From: Oscillospiraceae bacterium
GTDB taxonomy: Bacteria > Bacillota > Clostridia > Oscillospirales > Oscillospiraceae
DNA length: 44,151 nt
Assembly: GCA_031266955.1 (NCBI GenBank)
Contig: JAISAA010000263.1
Span: forward strand, 1 to 44,151
Direction: 5' to 3'
Of the stretch, positions 32,901-38,900 are shown in pieces; position 1 is the first letter of the stretch, and each line of letters opens with the position of its first letter. Below the pieces are notes generated by a model. It ran no database searches. It was not told the DNA's origin and saw only the letters and a list, made by a program, of their open reading frames with translations. The position numbers were made by a program, and so were the translations under genes.

Positions 32901-35900
32901 AAAGGACGGGCAGAAGCTGGCTATGGGCCGTATGGAGCCTGACGAATGGTTCCGCCTGCGGATCAAGACCCGCGTGTCAATGCTGCCCGAGCCGGACAAG
33001 GTGGAGGCGCCTAAGGATGTGAACGGGCAGCTGGGTACGGTGCTCAGCGAGTGGGGCCCGTATACCAACTACGCCTATCTCGGCGTGGAGAACAGCAATT
33101 ATCCCACAGCCGGCGTCACGATCTTGGTGGAGCAGGAGGTGGGCTCTATCGAGTTCGCCAACGCCGTGGAGGAATACGCCCAAAACCGCGACTATGACCG
33201 GGACGGCAAAAAAGACAAATTTTTCAGCGCCGACAGCGAGAGACTGAGGCTCTTGCAGCCCAACGTAAACGCCCGCAAGGAAACCGACGGCGTCCGCCAG
33301 CGCTACGACACGGGCAGCACTCAGGTGCCGATCTACACCGCGGCGGAGGACATCGGCTTCGTCTTAGCGGACGTCGAGAACCGCGGCGGCCCGCTAAAGG
33401 AACTGATAATTCAGGACATCCTGCCCAGCAGGGACAACACGACTATGGCGATAAAGGACTGGACCACCAACATCAAGAGCGTCCAAACCGGCAAATGGTC
33501 GGTCCCGGCGCCCTACAGGCCGGCCGATTACGGCGTATACGTCTACTACGCGACGCAGTACACCGACCCCGTTGACCTCGGCAATACCTACGCCACAGAC
33601 CACGGCGCCGGCGGCGTCTGGACGCTTGCAAATCCTGACCTCGACGACGACGGCGTCCCGGACGGTCTGCCGATAGACGAAAACATGGAAATCAAATTCA
33701 TCGTCTACGACGAAGGCGGCCTCACGATAAACACCGCGGCGACGAAGGAGCTGCAAGAGGGCATACGTCAGATACGCATCGTCATACGCGGTAACAACGG
33801 TCAGCTTGTCCCGCAGGGGCTAAAGGTCGATTATTCCGACCCGGAGCCCGATCCGGGGGACTACGATTACACGGCCTATCTCGCGGCGTCCGCGCTGACC
33901 GCCCCGAATTTCGAGCAACCCGGCAATCCGTATGATCTGGGCTCAAAGACCGCCAACATCTTTGACCGTCTGGAGCGGTTCAATTACTGGCAGTACAGAA
34001 ATATGCTCAGCGAGACGGTGCCGAAGCTCGTTCAGCAGCGCGCGCCGATGATATATATGTCCGTCACCGCTTACGAGGCGTTCCCGCTGCCCCTGAAAAA
34101 TCAGGCGCAGTTCTGGGGACAGTATTCGGACGCCTACTTCAAGGAGTTTGAGTATAACGACGCCTCCTTCCGCATCGCGGACACGGTGCCGACGGTGGAC
34201 CTGCGCATCGAGACGCGCTACTTCAAGTACAATAATAATGAAACCCCAACAAATTTGAACGACGACTATTTCGCGTGGTCTAAGGACCTGATAATAAACC
34301 CGCTGCGCTCCACGACGCTGCTGTACAAGGTGCAGTATGAATCGGTGAAGGACGTGGAGTGGAAGGGGCTCCCGGACGTGTGGGATGCGGATTACGACAA
34401 GCGCCTCGCCGACAGCCGCGCGCAGAACGGAGATGATATTGATACGCTCCTGCCTGCCGGATGGCGGGACTTGGACATCGACGAGGTAAACACGCTGGGC
34501 AATACATTCCTGCCCGAGCGGTGGGCGCTGCGCAATCTGGTGGCGTGGAGGATGATACCGCTGGAGCGGCAGAAGCTGTACCGAGAGGACGCGATCATCG
34601 ACCCCGTCGTCACCGTGGCCCTGTCGCCGCTGGCGACGGTGAACGCCGATTTTGAGATGTATAAATGGCAGGCGGACAACGGCGAAGGCGCCGTGGACGG
34701 CGCCCGCAGCTCTCCGCTGCAAATAGCGGGCCTCAGCGAGGCGAACGGTTACAACGAACAGCTCGGCCCGGAGGCGGATTATACCCCCTTCGAGGCGACT
34801 AAGGACCTGCGCCAGATGACGTATAACGGTCAGGCGGGCTATTTCCTGAACAAGGACGCCTGGACGTGGCGCGTCGTGGACGGCTACGGCAGGACCGTAT
34901 ACGACAGCGACGTAATGCTGTCCACAAGGGACAGAGACGGCGACGAGGTGGCCGACCCGAACGTGGTGATAAAGTCCGCCAACATCGCCGAGCCGGACGA
35001 GGCGCAGGACGGCGCCGTGACGCTCAACCGCCAGACTATAACGTGGTTCTTTGAAGGCAAGCTGCTGCCAGGGCAGTACATTGAGATATTATTCACCTGC
35101 GGCGTGGATCACACCAAGAGCTACACGACAAATATGTCGCTGCGCAGCATAGCGTTCGGAATAAACAGATCGGGCACGCTTAAGGCGTATCTGCCCGCCG
35201 GCGAGGAATCGCAGGACGGCCTGTCGCTGCAAAACGACGCGAACGATTTTAACGAAAATGGAAAATTCGTCGAGCGCGACGCCGTGCGCAACTCCGAGCT
35301 GTTCGTGTTCTCCGATATCAGCACGCAGATCGTGTTCAAGGACGCGATAACGGCGCTAAGCCCCGACCCCGGTACGCGCGCGCCGTCAGCGTCGGTGCTT
35401 GAGGAGGGCGGGGACGTGACGTTCGTCAACACGATGCGCAACCCGAACGCGACCTCCGGCGATTCGGCCAAGGACGAGGCGAACACTCTCAAAAACCCGG
35501 TGATGTTTGACATTCTTCCGTTTGTGGGCGATATGGAGGTCGTCTCGCTGGAAACGAAGTACGGCAACGGCAGCTATTATCTCGACGTGATGCGCAGGCT
35601 GGCGGGGCAGACCGATGCCGAAGGCGGCACAAAATGGAACCCGGTGTTCGACCCGTTCTCATTCGAGTCAAGCCTGCTGTCGGAGAAGCGCATAGAGAAC
35701 AAAGTGCCGGTGACGAAGGAGGACGGAACGCCGCTTCTGGATGAGAACAACGAGCCGGTGGTTACGACCGAGTACGAGTATGAGTTCACGGAGGAACAGC
35801 TCGAAAACGGCAAGGACTACACCGTCTGGTACGGTCCGATCACGCGGGACGTGAACGGCACGGTGAACGGTATCGGCGACTTTGAATTTAACAAGGTGCT

Positions 35901-38900
35901 GGACTCCAATACGCCGAACAAAGGCTGGGTAAGTGCTTATGACGAGAGCACGATCACAAACGAGACCCGCAGCACGGAAAGCTTCTATAAACAAATCCGC
36001 GAGGAGATGGTGGATCAGATCAAAGAGGCCGACCTCGCGAGCATGGCCGAGCTGCGGAAATATTTCGTCAGCGAGCCGGAGCTGCGGGCGATGGAAAGCT
36101 CAAATCCCGCGATGTACAATACTCTCGTGAATCAAAACGGCTTCAAGGCGTTCTTCATCCACTTCAACACGAAGGACCAAAGGCTCGCCCCGCACTCCAG
36201 CTGGATCGTGACGTACAAGATGAGATCCCCGCTGAACTATACAAAGCCGCAGCTGAACCCGGACAGCTATCTTGACAGCGTCGCGTGGAACAACTTCGGG
36301 AGCTGGTCGTACAAGGGGACCTCGGGGTCGGCGCCCAACGACTCCAACCTCGCCGGCGTTTACGTCGGCGCGGCGCCGGGCAAGGTGTATCTCGGGGACT
36401 ACGTGTGGTTCGACGCCAACGGCGACGGACTGCAAAACGAGGTGTACGCAAAGCTTGACCAGAACAGCGGCCGCGTGCTGCCCTATATCGACGCGGACGG
36501 CAAAATGTATACGGACGAACACGAAAATGTGATTGCCGACGACCCCGGCATCAACGGCGTCCGCGTACAGCTCCTGTCGCCCGAAGGCTATGAAATAACA
36601 AGCGCCGGCGCGCGCATCAAAAAAGACCCGGAGAACGGGAAGTATTACGCCATCGACGAATTCGGCGATTGGCTCCTTTACAGCATAGACGGTGAGCGCG
36701 TAGAGTCGTCGCTGCCGCCGATGCAGCCGGTAATTACGACGACGGACTACGCCGGCCGGCGCGGCTTCTACAATATGCCCAACGTCTCGCCGAACGTCGA
36801 TTACAGCCTGCGCTTCATATTCCCAGAGACGGAGATCGGCAAGGGCCTGACAATAAAGACGACGCACGGCTTTGACGAGACCGCCGCCGTCGGAGTGACG
36901 GCTTACGGCCCCGGCGAGCTGCTGCCCGACGGCGCGACCGCGGAAACGCTTGTCGTGTACACCGGCAAATTCAGGCTGAAAAGCACTACGGCCGCGCTCG
37001 GCGAGTACGGCGATAATGCCGACAAGTACTACACGGACTTTGATATCGGCGTCAGCTACACGCTCAGCTACGCCGGGACGGTGTGGTACGATTACAACAA
37101 AACGGTGGCGCTCTACGGCAACGGCTATTTAGACGCTACGGACGGCGTCCCCGACGGACAGGGCACAAGGCCGGGCATCGCCGGGGCGACCGTGAGCCTG
37201 ATCGACGCCGATACCTACGATCCCGATGAAGACATAATAGAGACGGTCACGGGAATGAACAACCTCCCGCTGAGTATGCTTACCGGCTTAAGCGGCAAAT
37301 TCCTGTTCAACTTCGTGCCGGCGGGCAATTACATCGCGCGCGTCACGCTGCCGGACGGGACTGAATACTACCTCACGCAATATGTGGGGGAGGACGACAA
37401 GGACCCGTCCGCGGACCCGGTGAACGGAGAGCGTCATCCCAACGACGGAAAAGCGGAAACCGTCCAAGCGGCGGACCCCGAGACGGACGATCCGATAGAC
37501 GTCCCGACGGGCCATTACGTGACAAACGAGTTCACGGCTGAGATGGGAGCGCAAGAAAGTACAAATCCGAAGTGGGACGATGTATACAAGCGTTACAAGC
37601 TGATCGACGCGCTTGACTTCGGCTTCCTGCTGCCGAACTACGGCGCGATAGGCGACGTGATATGGCACGACGCCGACCACGACGGGATTCAGGGCGAAAA
37701 CGAGGCGGGGCTTGAGGGCGTCACGCTGACGCTTGAGGTCTACAAGCGCTTAGCGGACAAGTGGGAGCCGCTGAGCGAGGCTGAGGTAGAGGCGCTGGCG
37801 GCGGCCACGGGTATGAACACCGTAGCCGTGACCGACGAGGACGGCCTTTACAGCTTCACAAATCTGCCGGTGATGGATACGGCGGCGCACAGCGCCTACG
37901 GCTACAGAGTGCGGCTCGCGGAGCTGCCGGACGGATACGCCGTCACGACGTATCACGACCTCGGCAAGGACTCCGGCAATCACTTCAAAAACCCGGCGAT
38001 CACTACGGAAAGCGAAGTGGCGCTCTTCGACAGCGACCTGTACTACAACGGCTATCTCGAGCAGAGCAAGCCCGCCGCGGACGCGTTTGAGCCGATAGTC
38101 GTAGCCGCGCTTGACGATACGCTTCCCGACGGCTGGGACCTGACGAGGCCGCGCGTAATAGACGACCTCGACGGCGGTCTCATCAAAATCCCCGAGTTTA
38201 CGATAAGCGGTATCGCGTGGTACGACGAGGACGGAAACGGCCTGCGCGAGGCCGAGGCCGGCGATAGCCCGTCCCCGGACGAAATGCAGGTAGAGTTGCA
38301 ATACTACGCGTATGAAGACGGCGCGTATTACTGGCGCGACGTCCGCGTGACGGGCGAGGGCGACGAAAAACGCCTGTTGTTCGAGGGCGACGACGGCTAT
38401 GACGGGGCGGAGGGCTACGCGCTGCTCACCGCCACGGGAGCCGGCGACGCCGCTGCCGGCTCCTATAAATTCACAGGGCTGCCGATAGGCCGCGCGGTGG
38501 AGAAAAACGACGGCGTGACGGAGCTGGAGCGTCTGGGCTACAGGGTAAAGGCGACGCAAAGCCTCGGATATGTGACGTTCACGCAATACGTATCGGGAGC
38601 CGGTAACGCCGCTACGGAGAAAATAAACAGCAATGTCATGACAACGGCCGACGGCGGGATAACAGGCTATACCGACGCGCAATATCTGACGAGCGTGTTC
38701 CAACCGCCGATGACCGCGCCAGAGCTGCCGGCGGGCGCGCCCGCGGCGGCGCTGTGGCAGACGTTTGACTTTACAAAGGCCTCGAATTGCGAGAATGTGG
38801 ACGTCGGTCTGAAAAAGGCGGAGCACTCGGCAAAGCTCGGCGGCATAGTGTGGCTCGACATCAACGAAAACGGCCTGATAGACGAGTTTGACGCCGACGG

